From the NCBI GenBank assembly GCA_038496445.1, contig JALMLS010000005.1, positions 1 to 64,000 on the forward strand: a DNA stretch of 64,000 nucleotides. Reading direction: 5' to 3'. The stretch is from Trichosphaerium sp. ATCC 40318 (taxonomy: Eukaryota; Protista; Tubulinea). The notes beneath the pieces were generated by a model. That model was not told the DNA's origin and did not search any database. It saw nothing but the letters and a program-made list of their open reading frames with translations. The translations under genes were made by a program, and so were the position numbers. This document shows, piece by piece, positions 1 to 12,957 of the stretch. How positions within the stretch are numbered: position 1 is the first letter of the stretch; each line of letters opens with the position of its first letter.

Positions 1-755
1 AATTTTTTAGGTGGTGAACCAGGCGAGAACTCTGAGTTGAACAACAAATCATGCAACAAGGACTGGCAGCTATATGGAAGATGGGAAAGATGGAGACTGA
101 GATGGTAAGCAATAATCTTATTGAAGTTGTTGCCTTTTTTTTTTTGTAATTATTTTGTTTTTTTTTTGAAACAAAATGTCGATGTTGTTGGTGAAAGAGT
201 TTAACTGGCGTATATAGACCATCCGTGCAGTGGTCGAGGAAGTTCTAAAAGACCCAACCGTTTCAAAAGCAATACGCAAGAAGCGATCTAATGCTATTCG
301 CCTCATTGGTGACACGTACTTTGATGTTGGTAGAAAGGAAAAGAAGAATTCATCAACTAATGATCCACTCGAACAGTTTGTAGAACAAGCTGAGAAAAAT
401 CCGGAAAAGTTTGCGGAAGAAATTGCCAAGCAAGAAGAGAAGCGCCAGGCACAAGAAAAAGCGAGGGAGCAGGAACGAGCTGCTGCAAATAAAACATCTC
501 CAACTCCAAGTACAGCTCAAACGCCAGTGGTGCCACAGCCAAGTACGTTAGGCTTACAATATCGTCTACCTAGGATTTTTTTTTTTGACATTCAACCAAA
601 AAAAAAAAAACCAAAAACTCGAGTTCCTTTTCCACAGTGAAGGTAATAACAATTTTTTTAAAGCGGAATCCTCCCAACCTGTGGTCCCTGATCCAGAGCC
701 AGAGCCTGTTCAGGAGGAGGTCGATGTGGCTCCTTCTGCTGATGACATAGACTAA
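1..755 (+). CDS. DnaJ/DnaJ-X protein, 3' part of the duplicate copy (truncated by window edge; apparent 1-nt frameshifts)
   Basis: Mirror of 9081-9832; [26 protein letters not shown]...ADDID* with TAA at 753-755. Confidence 0.8.
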
Positions 756-1079
756 ACACCATGCCGTGTACAAAATAACAAATAATACTATTGCTAGCGA
801 TTTTCGAATTTAACGAAATATGTGTAACCAGGTGGAAAAACCTTATTAATGTAATCAATTTGGGCGCCAAAGCACTGTTTTTATAATTTTTATTTGCACA
901 ATTCTTCTTTGGTGTGGTCTTCAGTCTTACAACCGTTTTAACTAATAAAAAAAAAAAGAAGGGTTACCAGAATACCAATTTCACGTTTTCTTGAGTGGTG
1001 GCATTCCTCAGGTTTCTGTGCACCTTTGCAGGCTTTGGTGTTTGTGAGATTTTTTGTGTTACTTTTTTTTCTTCTTCTT

Positions 1080-3540
1080 TTATTGTACATCCATGGCATC
1101 GTCATCCTCATCATCTTCGCTTTCATATTCTCTAAGAGAGCTAGCAGCAGTTCTTGTGGATGGATTCGCACTCGACAGTGCCGTAAACTCTTTTCTGTAT
1201 TCGGACTAGGTGTATCTTAAGTACCAGCAACACAAAAAAAATCAAAAAAAAAAAACCAAAAGCAAGTACCTGTTGTAATAGCAAGTTAACACGTCCAGAC
1301 AATTTTAAAAAATCACCAAAGAGTCTTGTACGCGCGTCAATAGTGGTGTACAGACCTCCAAGTGTTTCTAGAATGTCAGGCACTGCTGTTAAGTACGATG
1401 CATGCGTTTGCAAGATTGCTTCAATCCAAACAACCATCATTAACCCAGCGCTAGGTCTTGATCGAAAACGTGATGATACATTACGGAGTAATGAAGGAAC
1501 AAGAGAAGGAGGAAGCACTTCAGCTGAGGTCCGCGCATAACCTTGATGAAATTTGTTATTGCAATTCGTTTTTTTATGAGGCTATAAATGGTGCGTACCT
1601 GTCTCACGGACACCTTCTGCCAGAACGTTGTCTAGGAGATCTTGATCGTTCGATTCTAAAGCTTGCTTTAACAGTATGGCATCAAGCTCATTTTCTTTTT
1701 TATTTCCGTCGCCCATACTAGCCAGTTCACCGAGAGTCCTTGGCAGCTTTCCAGAGTCGTCTTTAAACAAAAAAAACTTTAGCAACAAAGTTGGTTGTAT
1801 TCCAAAAAAAAAAAAAAAACAATTACCGGATGCCATTTCTTCATCATTGCCATCTATTTCCATAGGCATAGAAGAAACAAGTTCCGGCTGTGCAAGCACT
1901 GTAAGTGGCGCCTTAGCTTTTTTGGGTCGGTTGACGTTGTCTTTGAACACTGACTTTTGAGTCGAACCACCTACTTTCAGAGTGTCTCTAAACTTGCCGT
2001 TCTTTGTAAAGAGATCCTGTTCAAATAATTAGATATGCAAGATCCAGCGGACTGTGAGCAACTCACCACTTGCTGCAAATTGAGTAGCCTTGAAGAACTG
2101 TATGCGACCATAACTTTAGTTGCATCGTTTGAAAATCTAACATCGCGAACGGTACACTCCAAATCAGCGTCACCTGCAACTAGCACTTTGGACACTGGAG
2201 CAATATCTCCTTGGCCTAATTCTTCGATGTTTATGTTGAAGATCTCTGCACCTTGGTCTTTGAGGAGTACGAGAACTAGTATGTGTGTATCCTGCAACGC
2301 AAAAAAAGTTAGCAAAAAATATTGCGAACAAAAGAATCTTGTACATCTCGTTTAAATAGCGTAATAGCGATGGGGCTAGGTCCACATTTTAGTTCTAAAT
2401 TAAAAAATTAGATGGTTTGAAATGGAGGTTGTATGTTAATGAATGACGTACTTGCTCTACTCTTGTCTTCCTTGCAATACAAGAATGTACCTTTTGTGTT
2501 GTGATGCCAATGTAATCCTCGCACACTGATATAAAGTTTTACAGAGCTTTTGAATGTGCCCAGCTTGTTGTATTGGCCGCCTAAAAACCGGGACCATTAA
2601 AAAAAAAAATTGTGCAAAATCTCTCTAAAATAAAATTAGTGACAGTACCTGACATGCTGTGTTCAGTGATTCTGCCTTGCTGTCGCCACCAATAAAGTTT
2701 GTAGAGTCACGGAAGCAAAGAGCAGTGATTTTCTTGCAGCGGAAGGTTTGTGCAGACGGATTCTTCATGGCGTACGATACTGTAAACAAATCACCAGCTC
2801 TCGTGACAGCCAAGAGAGCTTTTGAAGGTGGTTAGGTTTATGACACGTTATTAAAAAGGAAAAAAAACCTTGCGCGTACTTTTCTGGCCGCTGAATACAA
2901 TGTGTTGAACTGGTTTATTTATCGCAGAAGGTACAACTTGCTTATCATCGCCACGCACGATAATGACGCTTCCTATGGTACATATTAGGAGCCACGTTTG
3001 GCTTTGTTTTTTTTTTGTTTTTTTTTGTTGGTACAAAATGTATTTACGCGCTATTGAATATTTTGGCAATTACAAGTAATTACACGAGCGTAAAACAACA
3101 TTTGACAAATAGTTTGCGAAAAAAATGTTTTGCGAGCGCTTACCGTCTTCACAGCCCATGGCAACAGTGCCATCGTCGCTTCTTGATACGCATGTCAGTG
3201 TTTTATTATCCTGGTCAAGGCCATCTTGTGGATATAGCAAATTAGGGTCAGAATTGCCTATGCGCCACTCGTGGACGGTTTTAGAACCGGATACGCGCAA
3301 ACAGCTCCAATCTCCTTCGCTATGCCTGAGGCAACATACTGCATCGCTGGCGTCCACTAATAGCGCGTCAGGTACGTGTTTTGGTAATTTTTGCCAGTTT
3401 TTCTCAACAATTGTATTTCGTGGCACTGTACGCGTACTTATGTGTATGTAAACGGAGGTTATGTATTAAAAGCGGAAACGCTGCAGAACAAGTGTAGTTA
3501 AGTTGCGCCAGTTTGTTTCCCTACTTACGTGCGTGTCCAT
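1080..3540 (-). CDS. WDR43: WDR43/Utp5-like SSU processome protein, left copy (several 1-nt indels relative to the right copy)
   Basis: Mirror of 6300-8756; Utp12/Dip2-type domain LLKQALESNDQDLLDNVL...VWIEAILQTHASYL...LSGRVNLLLQQ. Confidence 0.75.
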
Positions 3541-3829
3541 TTTCTGTTTTACTGGTGTGAGGTTATACTATAGACGCCGGCTAATTACCAAACAAGCGTA
3601 GAAAGTTGGAAGTACAAAACACGTGTTTCAAAGCAAAGCAAGGAAAAAACAGTGTACAACTCCCGTTACTAAGTTCGCACTAACAATAGTAGCAAAAAAC
3701 GCCCAACCCATAAACCTAACCCTAATAAGACAGCATATTTAGGCTTAAAAAAGAATGTTACTTTTATGTCTGTGTCAATGGTAGAAACCATGACTGTGAC
3801 TATTTTTGCTATCACACAACTTGTGTAAA

Positions 3830-4857
3830 CAGTGGTAAAATGAAAACGGGATTTTGGATATAAATCCCACTAAATTCCTTTGTTTTAGGATTTTTAAGGT
3901 AATTTGTGAAGAATTCTTATTTTTATTTTTTTTTATGGCAGGATTTTTGATAGAATTACCATAATATTCCCTTAAATACGGAATTTTCAGAATTATTGTA
4001 CAAAATCCACCAAATAATGTACTAATTTAGTTAGGGTTAGGGTTAGGGCTAGGGTTGAGGTTTATGAAAGTACAAATTTAGTTAGGGTTAGGGTTTAGTT
4101 TTATATTTGCAAAAAACCATCGACACCTAGATACATAGGTTTTTCTAGCGAACAATATCCACATGCTATTATTAAAGGTGAAAAAACCAATGGTACAGGT
4201 TAAAGTGCGTTAATCCAAAAAGTAACGGAGAACGCGTTTTAGGTGGTTTGGAAAATCACTTAAACATAAATATCTCTTACTTATCTGTTTTAGGATGATT
4301 AAAGCATTGCAACAGCCTTATTACACCATTAAAGAATGTATTTAAAGCATTAACTCCAAGTATGTTGTTTTTAAGCTTATTTCCACTTAATTATCAAAAA
4401 ACCCTACGTGTTCTTAATTTAGCGTTTACAAACGCATTAATTATTGTTCAGGCTCTCAAAAACCAAATGCGATCAAATTACTTCTTTCGTTTATGAAAAC
4501 ATGATGTATTTTACTTGTACGTATTATTTAAGATGTTTGTATTTTGTAATGATCAATAAATAAAATGACTTTGCATTAAATCTGAACCAAAGTATCAAAT
4601 AATATTTTGTGTAATTTATAAAGTATTTTTTATTGAAATCTACAAAAAATACATTAAGAAATGTTATAAAGAATACATAGAGAATTCTATATAAAATACA
4701 TACGCAATTCCAAAAGTAATACTCTAAGAATTCTATGAGTAATACTTACGGAAATTTCATATAATTCAATGGGAATTAAGGAAGAGTTTTTCCGTCTACT
4801 TTTCCCATAGGAAAACAGGGTGGATTACTTAAAAATTCCATTTTTATTTTACTACTG
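3830..4857. mobile_element. Probable non-autonomous DNA transposon (MITE-like) with degenerate ~26-bp TIRs
   Basis: CAGTGGTAAAATGAAAACGGGATTTT (3830-3855) vs reverse complement of 4832-4857, CAGTAGTAAAATAAAAATGGAATTTT: 22/26 identical, all four mismatches transitions. AA flanks both ends, ACGGAA(A/T)TTT-like motifs lie near both ends, and there is no ORF. Confidence 0.55.
4031..4096 (+). repeat. Short degenerate interstitial telomere-like (TTAGGG)n array
   Basis: ttagggttagggttagggctagggttgagg...ttagggttagggtttag. Confidence 0.85.
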
Positions 4858-5890
4858 AAGGCAAATGTCTTAAAGTCTATCAAAAAAAACATGTGATAAA
4901 GTTTTAATCCAAGCTAAAGCACTTTGTGTACAAGTTCAAAGGTTAAAAACTTCTTTTTGTAACACAATGTCAATAAATATTTATTTTCTTTCATTTTGAT
5001 TTGCCATGTGACATTTAGTTGTATTCTTGAATTTGTATTTTTGAGAAGCTGTGTAACATGAAATTTCTTCCAATTTTCAATGTGTTTTAAACTGTTTTGT
5101 TGTGGGTTTTAATGTGAAATTTCACAGTTTTTAAAGAGCAAACAATCTAAAAAAGTGTACACAATGGTTATTTGTTATTCAAAAAAAGTTTAATTTGAAG
5201 GGTATGCACAATATCTCATAAACATGAATAGATATGAAAATAAATAATATCTCATTATATAGTCATGTATTTATAAATATGAATTTAGTTTACAGTTTAA
5301 CTATACATGATATATTAAAAACTTTGTGTATATGAAAAATGTACATACATATTTTTTTGCAAAAAAAAAAGCCAATTACAAACTCAAAATTGCTTACATT
5401 TATATAACTCATCACTATGAATATTTACAAATTAATTATTGCTTGTACCATGTTTATATGACCTAATAACATATATATATACACATAAAGTACTTAAAAA
5501 TACATTTGTAAATGCAGTCTCCAAACACAACTGCATGGCAAAAATATCTCAAAATTTACAAAAAAAACATTTACATATCATTTACAGGCCATGCAATGCC
5601 CCAATATCATTTTTGATGATGTAAATCATAACAATACATGCTTTTTTCTAATAACACAAAAATAGCAAAATCTAATAAAATCAAAAAAATAATGAGTTAA
5701 GTAAGTTTAACTGTAAACACTATCTTGTTATGAAAGATACTTATGATAATTTTAACATTGAGATTAACTTGCAACAATCATTTAAGGCTTAAAAACATAT
5801 TTTGCATTTTCATAAAAGAACTTTGAGGACATATTTCTACTTTACTAAAGACATCATTTTTATTACACATTTAATTTATAATAGTGATAA

Positions 5891-5973
5891 CTAGGGTTAG
5901 GGCCTAATCTTGCCCTTCTTCGTAGGGCTAGGGTTAGGGTTACAACCCTAAGGTATATTAGGGTTAGGGTTAG
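5891..5973 (+). repeat. Short degenerate interstitial telomere-like (TTAGGG)n array
   Basis: ctagggttaggg...tagggctagggttagggttac...ttagggttagggttag; a further unit at ~6115-6135 is mirrored at ~3705-3726. Confidence 0.8.
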
Positions 5974-6072
5974 CACTAATATTTGTTTTATGCTTACATT
6001 GCAACCTCTGTACTCTTACGCTAACACTTGTTATTTTATTGTATGGTGTATGTTGTGTTGACCCTTTTTAGT

Positions 6073-9000
6073 ACATAAAAGACATTCTTTTTTAAGCCTA
6101 AATATGCTGTCTTATTAGGGTTAGGTTTATGGGTTGGGCGTTTTTTGCTACTATTGTTAGTGCGAACTTAGTAACGGGAGTTGTACACTGTTTTTTCCTT
6201 GCTTTGCTTTGAAACACGTGTTTTGTACTTCAAACTTTCTACGCTTGTTTGGTAATTAGCCGGCGTCTATAGTATAACCTCACACCAGTAAAACAGAAAA
6301 TGGACACGCACGTAAGTAGGGAAACAAACTGGCGCAACTTAACTACACTTGTTCTGCAGCGTTTCCGCTTTTAATACATAACCTCCGTTTACATACACAT
6401 AAGTACGCGTACAGTGCCACGAAATACAATTGTTGAGAAAAACTGGCAAAAATTACCAAAACACGTACCTGACGCGCTATTAGTGGACGCCAGCGATGCA
6501 GTATGTTGCCTCAGGCATAGCGAAGGAGATTGGAGCTGTTTGCGCGTATCCGGTTCTAAAACCGTCCACGAGTGGCGCATAGGCAATTCTGACCCTAATT
6601 TGCTATATCCACAAGATGGCCTTGACCAGGATAATAAAACACTGACATGCGTATCAAGAAGCGACGATGGCACTGTTGCCATGGGCTGTGAAGACGGTAA
6701 GCGCTCGCAAAACATTTTTTTCGCAAACTATTTGTCAAATGTTGTTTTACGCTTGTGTATTTACTTGTAATTGCCAAAATATTCAATAGCGCGTAAATAC
6801 ATTTTGTACCAACAAAAAAAACAAAAAAAAAACAAAGCCAAACGTGGCTCCTAATATGTACCATAGGAAGCGTCATTATCGTGCGTGGCGATGATAAGCA
6901 AGTTGTACCTTCTGCGATAAATAAACCAGTTCAACACATTGTATTCAGCGGCCAGAAAAGTACGCGCAAGGTTTTTTTTCCTTTTTAATAACGTGTCATA
7001 AACCTAACCACCTTCAAAAGCTCTCTTGGCTGTCACGAGAGCTGGTGATTTGTTTACAGTATCGTACGCCATGAAGAATCCGTCTGCACAAACCTTCCGC
7101 TGCAAGAAAATCACTGCTCTTTGCTTCCGTGACTCTACAAACTTTATTGGTGGCGACAGCAAGGGCAGAATCACTGAACACAGCATGTCAGGTACTGTCA
7201 TTAATTTTATTTTAGAGAGATTTTGCACAATTTTTTTTTTTAATGGTCCCGGTTTTTAGGCGGCCAATACAACAAGCTGGGCACATTCAAAAGCTCTGTA
7301 AAACTTTTATCAGTGTGCGAGGATTACATTGGCATCACAACACAAAAGGGTACATTCTTGTATTGCAAGGAAGACAAGAGTAGAGCAAGTACGTCATTCA
7401 TTAACATACAACCTCCATTTCAAACCATCTAATTTTTTAATTTAGAACTAAAATGTGGACCTAGCCCCATCGCTATTACGCTATTTAAACGAGATGTACA
7501 AGATTCTTTTGTTCGCAATATTTTTTGCTAACTTTTTTTGCGTTGCAGGATACACACATACTAGTTCTCGTACTCCTCAAAGACCAAGGTGCAGAGATCT
7601 TCAACATAAACATCGAAGAATTAGGCCAAGGAGATATTGCTCCAGTGTCCAAAGTGCTAGTTGCAGGTGACGCTGATTTGGAGTGTACCGTTCGCGATGT
7701 TAGATTTTCAAACGATGCAACTAAAGTTATGGTCGCATACAGTTCTTCAAGGCTACTCAATTTGCAGCAAGTGGTGAGTTGCTCACAGTCCGCTGGATCT
7801 TGCATATCTAATTATTTGAACAGGATCTCTTTACAAAGAACGGCAAGTTTAGAGACACTCTGAAAGTAGGTGGTTCGACTCAAAAGTCAGTGTTCAAAGA
7901 CAACGTCAACCGACCCAAAAAAGCTAAGGCGCCACTTACAGTGCTTGCACAGCCGGAACTTGTTTCTTCTATGCCTATGGAAATAGATGGCAATGATGAA
8001 GAAATGGCATCCGGTAATTGTTTTTTTTTTTTTGGAATACAACCAACTTTGTTGCTAATGTTTTTTTTGTTTAAAGACGACTCTGGAAAGCTGCCAAGGA
8101 CTCTCGGTGAACTGGCTAGTATGGGCGACGGAAATAAAAAAGAAAATGAGCTTGATGCCATACTGTTAAAGCAAGCTTTAGAATCGAACGATCAAGATCT
8201 CCTAGACAACGTTCTGGCAGAAGGTGTCCGTGAGACAGGTACGCACCATTTATAGCCTCATAAAAAAACGAATTGCAATAACAAATTTCATCAAGGTTAT
8301 GCGCGGACCTCAGCTGAAGTGCTTCCTCCTTCTCTTGTTCCTTCATTACTCCGTAATGTATCATCACGTTTTCGATCAAGACCTAGCGCTGGGTTAATGA
8401 TGGTTGTTTGGATTGAAGCAATCTTGCAAACGCATGCATCGTACTTAACAGCAGTGCCTGACATTCTAGAAACACTTGGAGGTCTGTACACCACTATTGA
8501 CGCGCGTACAAGACTCTTTGGTGATTTTTTAAAATTGTCTGGACGTGTTAACTTGCTATTACAACAGGTACTTCCTTTTGGTTTTTTTTTTGATTTTTTT
8601 TTGTGTTGCTGGTACTTAAGATACACCTAGTCCGAATACAGAAAAGAGTTTACGACACTGTCGAGTGCGAATCCATCCACAAGAACTGCTGCTAGCTCTC
8701 TTAGAGAATATGAAAGCGAAGATGATGAGGATGACGATGCCATGGATGTACAATAAAAGAAGAAGAAAAAAAAGTAACACAAAAAATCTCACAAACACCA
8801 AAGCCTGCAAAGGTGCACAGAAACCTGAGGAATGCCACCACTCAAGAAAACGTGAAATTGGTATTCTGGTAACCCTTCTTTTTTTTTTTATTAGTTAAAA
8901 CGGTTGTAAGACTGAAGACCACACCAAAGAAGAATTGTGCAAATAAAAATTATAAAAACAGTGCTTTGGCGCCCAAATTGATTACATTAATAAGGTTTTT

Positions 9001-9832
9001 CCACCTGGTTACACATATTTCGTTAAATTCGAAAATCGCTAGCAATAGTATTATTTGTTATTTTGTACACGGCATGGTGTTTAGTCTATGTCATCAGCAG
9101 AAGGAGCCACATCGACCTCCTCCTGAACAGGCTCTGGCTCTGGATCAGGGACCACAGGTTGGGAGGATTCCGCTTTAAAAAAATTGTTATTACCTTCACT
9201 GTGGAAAAGGAACTCGAGTTTTTGGTTTTTTTTTTTTGGTTGAATGTCAAAAAAAAAAATCCTAGGTAGACGATATTGTAAGCCTAACGTACTTGGCTGT
9301 GGCACCACTGGCGTTTGAGCTGTACTTGGAGTTGGAGATGTTTTATTTGCAGCAGCTCGTTCTTGCTCCCTCGCTTTTTCTTGTGCCTGGCGCTTCTCTT
9401 CTTGCTTGGCAATTTCTTCCGCAAACTTTTCCGGATTTTTCTCAGCTTGTTCTACAAACTGTTCGAGTGGATCATTAGTTGATGAATTCTTCTTTTCCTT
9501 TCTACCAACATCAAAGTACGTGTCACCAATGAGGCGAATAGCATTAGATCGCTTCTTGCGTATTGCTTTTGAAACGGTTGGGTCTTTTAGAACTTCCTCG
9601 ACCACTGCACGGATGGTCTATATACGCCAGTTAAACTCTTTCACCAACAACATCGACACTTTTGTTTCAAAAAAAACAAAATAATTACAAAAAAAAAGGC
9701 AACAACTTCAATAAGATTATTGCTTACCATCTCAGTCTCCATCTTTCCCATCTTCCATATAGCTGCCAGTCCTTGCTGCATGATTTGTTGTTCTAACTCA
9801 GAGTTCTCGCCTGGTTCACCACCTAAAAAATT
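6073..9832. repeat. Right arm of large inverted repeat
   Basis: Reverse complement of 1-3769, differing by a few substitutions and 1-nt or homopolymer indels. Confidence 0.97.
6300..8756 (+). CDS. WDR43: WDR43/Utp5-like WD40 + Utp12-domain rRNA biogenesis protein (multi-exon; 5' end uncertain)
   Basis: WD40-like N-terminal exons, C-terminal Utp12/Dip2 domain, acidic tail ESEDDEDDDAMDVQ* (TAA 8754-8756). Confidence 0.8.
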
Positions 9833-11223
9833 ATTAAATGCGATGGTAATTTATAAAACCAAAATTCAACAGCAACAATTGGTTTTTTTTTTTACCACCA
9901 ATACTCACCTTGCTTTTCTAACTCCTTAGCTGCAATGTCTAGTTTTACTGCAGTACTTAAAAACAATAATATTAGCAACAAAAAAAAAAAACAAAGATAG
10001 GAATGAGAAATTAAAAAACGCGGATTACTCACTTTACAAGGGAAATGATTTGTGAAAATTGGTGTCCCTTTTGTCGAACCGATGCAACCCATCCCTCTAA
10101 CCCAAGAAATCGTCCAGCATGCTTTTTTGATTCTTCTCTGTACACATATCCCACACGTGAAAGCAATGACGGTCCACCAGGAACCTGTCCATATGTGTTA
10201 GTATACCAAATTAAAATTAAAACCAACAGTACCTCTGCCTTGTCTTTAGCGTCTGCCTTTAAGCCAGCGATGTATTCTTTCTTTTTGTCGTCCATGTATG
10301 GCTTAATTTTCTCTTTGAGTGCTGCTACAAGCTCTTTCTGCCTTGATTCTTGAAACTCTTGTGCAATCTTTGCTGCTTCTTCTTCATCTTGCTAGAATAA
10401 GAGTCAACGCTACGACCGTACAAGAGACGACAATGAAAGCAAAAGAGAAAAAAAAAACTCTTCAAATAAAATAAAAAAATGGGCTAACAGGAACTGGGCT
10501 TTACCACGGTTCTTCACTGGGTTGGCACGTGTTGGCTCTTTTTTTGTTTGTTTTGGGTAAAAATGTGTTTTACAAGCGCGTCAAATCAATATAACAAAAG
10601 CTCTACGTACAATGGCCATCCATTCCTCCATGTACCCAAAGCTCAACTCTCCGAAGGTGTCATCAAATCGACCAAATCCGAACAACATTGAAAACATAGC
10701 TTTAGCGTTTACTGCAGAACCACCTTGTGCATGTTGGCTAACGCCATCCTAGCCAAAAACGAATGTTAAAAACTACAGCAACAGAACAAAAAGCCAAATT
10801 ACAAATAAAAAAAAAAAATAATTCAACTAAAACACGAGGACCCACAGACATTTCGGGTGCCTAGTACATAAGATTCAGACGCCAATTCTCACCTTCCCGT
10901 ATTTGTCGTATACTTCTTTCATCTTTTCGTCTGATAAAACGGCGTAGGCTTCACTGACGAGTTTGAACTGCGTAAATAGTAAAAAACAAACGTAGAGAGA
11001 AGGTTACATAAAACCAAAAAAGTCACCACACACAAATATTCTCAAAAACGTAGTAGCGGCATTAAAATAAGTGTGGTACCATAGCCTCGGCTTCTGCTGA
11101 ATCATTTTTATCCGGGTGATAGAGTCTGGCTTGCTTGTAGTAAGCTTTTTTGATTTGCGCGGGCGAAGCGTCTTTTTCGATGCCTAGTACTTCATAGTAG
11201 CTCTTTTCTGTTGGTTCTGCCAT
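9081..11223 (-). CDS. J-domain co-chaperone with DnaJ-X domain (Djp1/Caj1-like)
   Basis: Spliced [40 protein letters not shown] (HPD)...[13 protein letters not shown]...[15 protein letters not shown]; X-domain LLSRVGYVY...[10 protein letters not shown]...RSNAIRLIG. Confidence 0.9.
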
Positions 11224-11426
11224 TGGGAACCTGCCGTTATCAGTTTTCTATTACACTTAGCGTTATGTACTACTCAACTGGGGTGCTTTTATCACTGTCA
11301 AATTTGCCAGAATCAAAAGTGGCGGCTAAAACCGTTTCTGTGACTTTTTTAGGCAAGAGTCACATCAATTCACGCAAATTTTCAAAATTACCTCCTCCAA
11401 CAATTTCACAAGACGCCTAAGCAGCT

Positions 11427-12098
11427 ATGAGCTCTGACGAAGACAATAATAATAACGATGACAAACCCAGCACCTTGTTTATGAACGTTAGGTGGGTTGT
11501 GGTGCTTTTTTAAGGATTTTTGTTGTTTATAAATTGTTTCATTAACAACAAGCCAGTTTTCCCATTGCTTGTTTTTCGCTAAGCAGAAGCCACTTACAGC
11601 ATATTAGGCCTAAATGGATCGACGACTCTGAAAGGACATGCTGTAAGCTTTGTTCGAGCCCTTTCTCGCTTCTCAAAAGAAAGGTACGCTCGTGTTTTTT
11701 TTTATTTTTACTTTCCGCATCTACACCCCACTCACAATTATTTAGCATCACTGTAGGAACTGCGGTTCGTGTTAAGCGTCTGTACTATCGAAAAGTAATA
11801 CGAATAATATAGGTGAAGTCTTTTGTGGCACCTGCGCTAACAAATTCATACGCATACCCAAGCTAAATTACAAGTGCGTAACAGTACAAGAAAAATGACT
11901 TATTGTACTAGTTATTTTGCTCCAACTGACTTGTTTTTTTTTTTTTGTATTTATTTATTTTAGTCACAAAAAAAATCTACTCTACACGAATTCAATATTC
12001 TTTTTTTTACTCACTACCCCTTGCTAACGAACTCCCCCAGATATGAAGTGCGTGTTTGCAAATCATGTCATGGTTTGTTGGTGCGCCAAGCATTTTAA
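11427..12098 (+). CDS. Small FYVE zinc-finger protein
   Basis: Spliced WIDDSERTCCKLCSSPFSLLKRK|HHCRNCG|EVFCGTC...VRVCKSCH carries the WxxD, RKHHCR and RVC FYVE motifs; not in the ORF track. Confidence 0.88.
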
Positions 12099-12187
12099 TG
12101 CCACCCGATTTACAGGCTTCTTCACTTGCTTCTATTCCACTCCCCAACATTTTTTTCCGTTGTGAAACGCGCAGTGACTTGCGTATT

Positions 12188-12957
12188 CTACTTCCTTGAT
12201 GTATTATAATGTGACAATCCTTGTTTGTGGTGGTATTGTCGATGGCTAGATCGTGCCATGAAGGCTGGTACCTACAAACAAATTAAAAAAATGATTTTTT
12301 TCAGAAAGTGTCAGGTGTCAATAATTTTTTCGCCAATTAACCAACACAACATTACTTGGTTTAAGTGACTCGTTTTTGTATTTGGACGCACAAGTTGGTC
12401 TGTATTCGCTGGATCTGGCACCCAGTCTACCTTGCTCATGTTTGGCATCTCTGAAAACAACATTTGAAACCTACAACGCAATTATAAAAAGCACAATGGA
12501 ATCTTTTTTTTAGTGGTGATGTCTTTATTGCTTTAAAGCAAATGCAAAAAGCCAAGGACGCACGATCCTATCTTTTTGAGACTGCCAAATCGACCCATAT
12601 ATAACACTAATGCGTTTTTGAAGAGCGCACAAAACCTTGCAAATTGTGTTAGTTGGAAAAAAAGTTAAACTAATCCCCAAATGAAACGTTTGGATATTTT
12701 TTTTATTTTGTTCAACAAACTACGTACCCTCCGCGCAACTCGACAATGTCAGAAGGGATTAAAGGAGCTCCTGTGTCGTCCCAAATCGATAAATAAATTG
12801 CGCCAGTCATATCGGCGATTAGGTATTGTTTTAGCGTGTTATTATCCTTCGTTGTTGTTACATGACCTTTCTCCAGGACAATAAATTGTACGTTTACGCC
12901 CTTCATACCAGGCCGTAAATCTCGAATAGAACTCCACGTAGAACTCATTTGTTGCAT
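12188..12957 (-). CDS. NABP: SOSS complex subunit B / hSSB1-like OB-fold ssDNA-binding protein
   Basis: IRDLRPGMKGVNVQFIVLEKG...LIADMTGAIYLSIWD...PSDIVELRGG...LVLYMGRFGSLKKIG...FSEMPNMS. Confidence 0.88.

Larger units (their letters stand above)
1..3769. repeat. Left arm of large inverted repeat (runs off the window start)
   Basis: Near-exact reverse complement of 6073-9832 (base 1 maps to 9832). ORF-track peptides are mirrored in both arms. The match breaks down near 3769/6073. Confidence 0.97.

Noticed and set aside
6360-6420. In-frame TAA near the UTP5 5' end suggesting stop-codon reassignment
   Set aside because: TAA, TAG and TGA all end conserved genes here (SKP1, UTP13, RRP43); an unresolved exon boundary is more likely.
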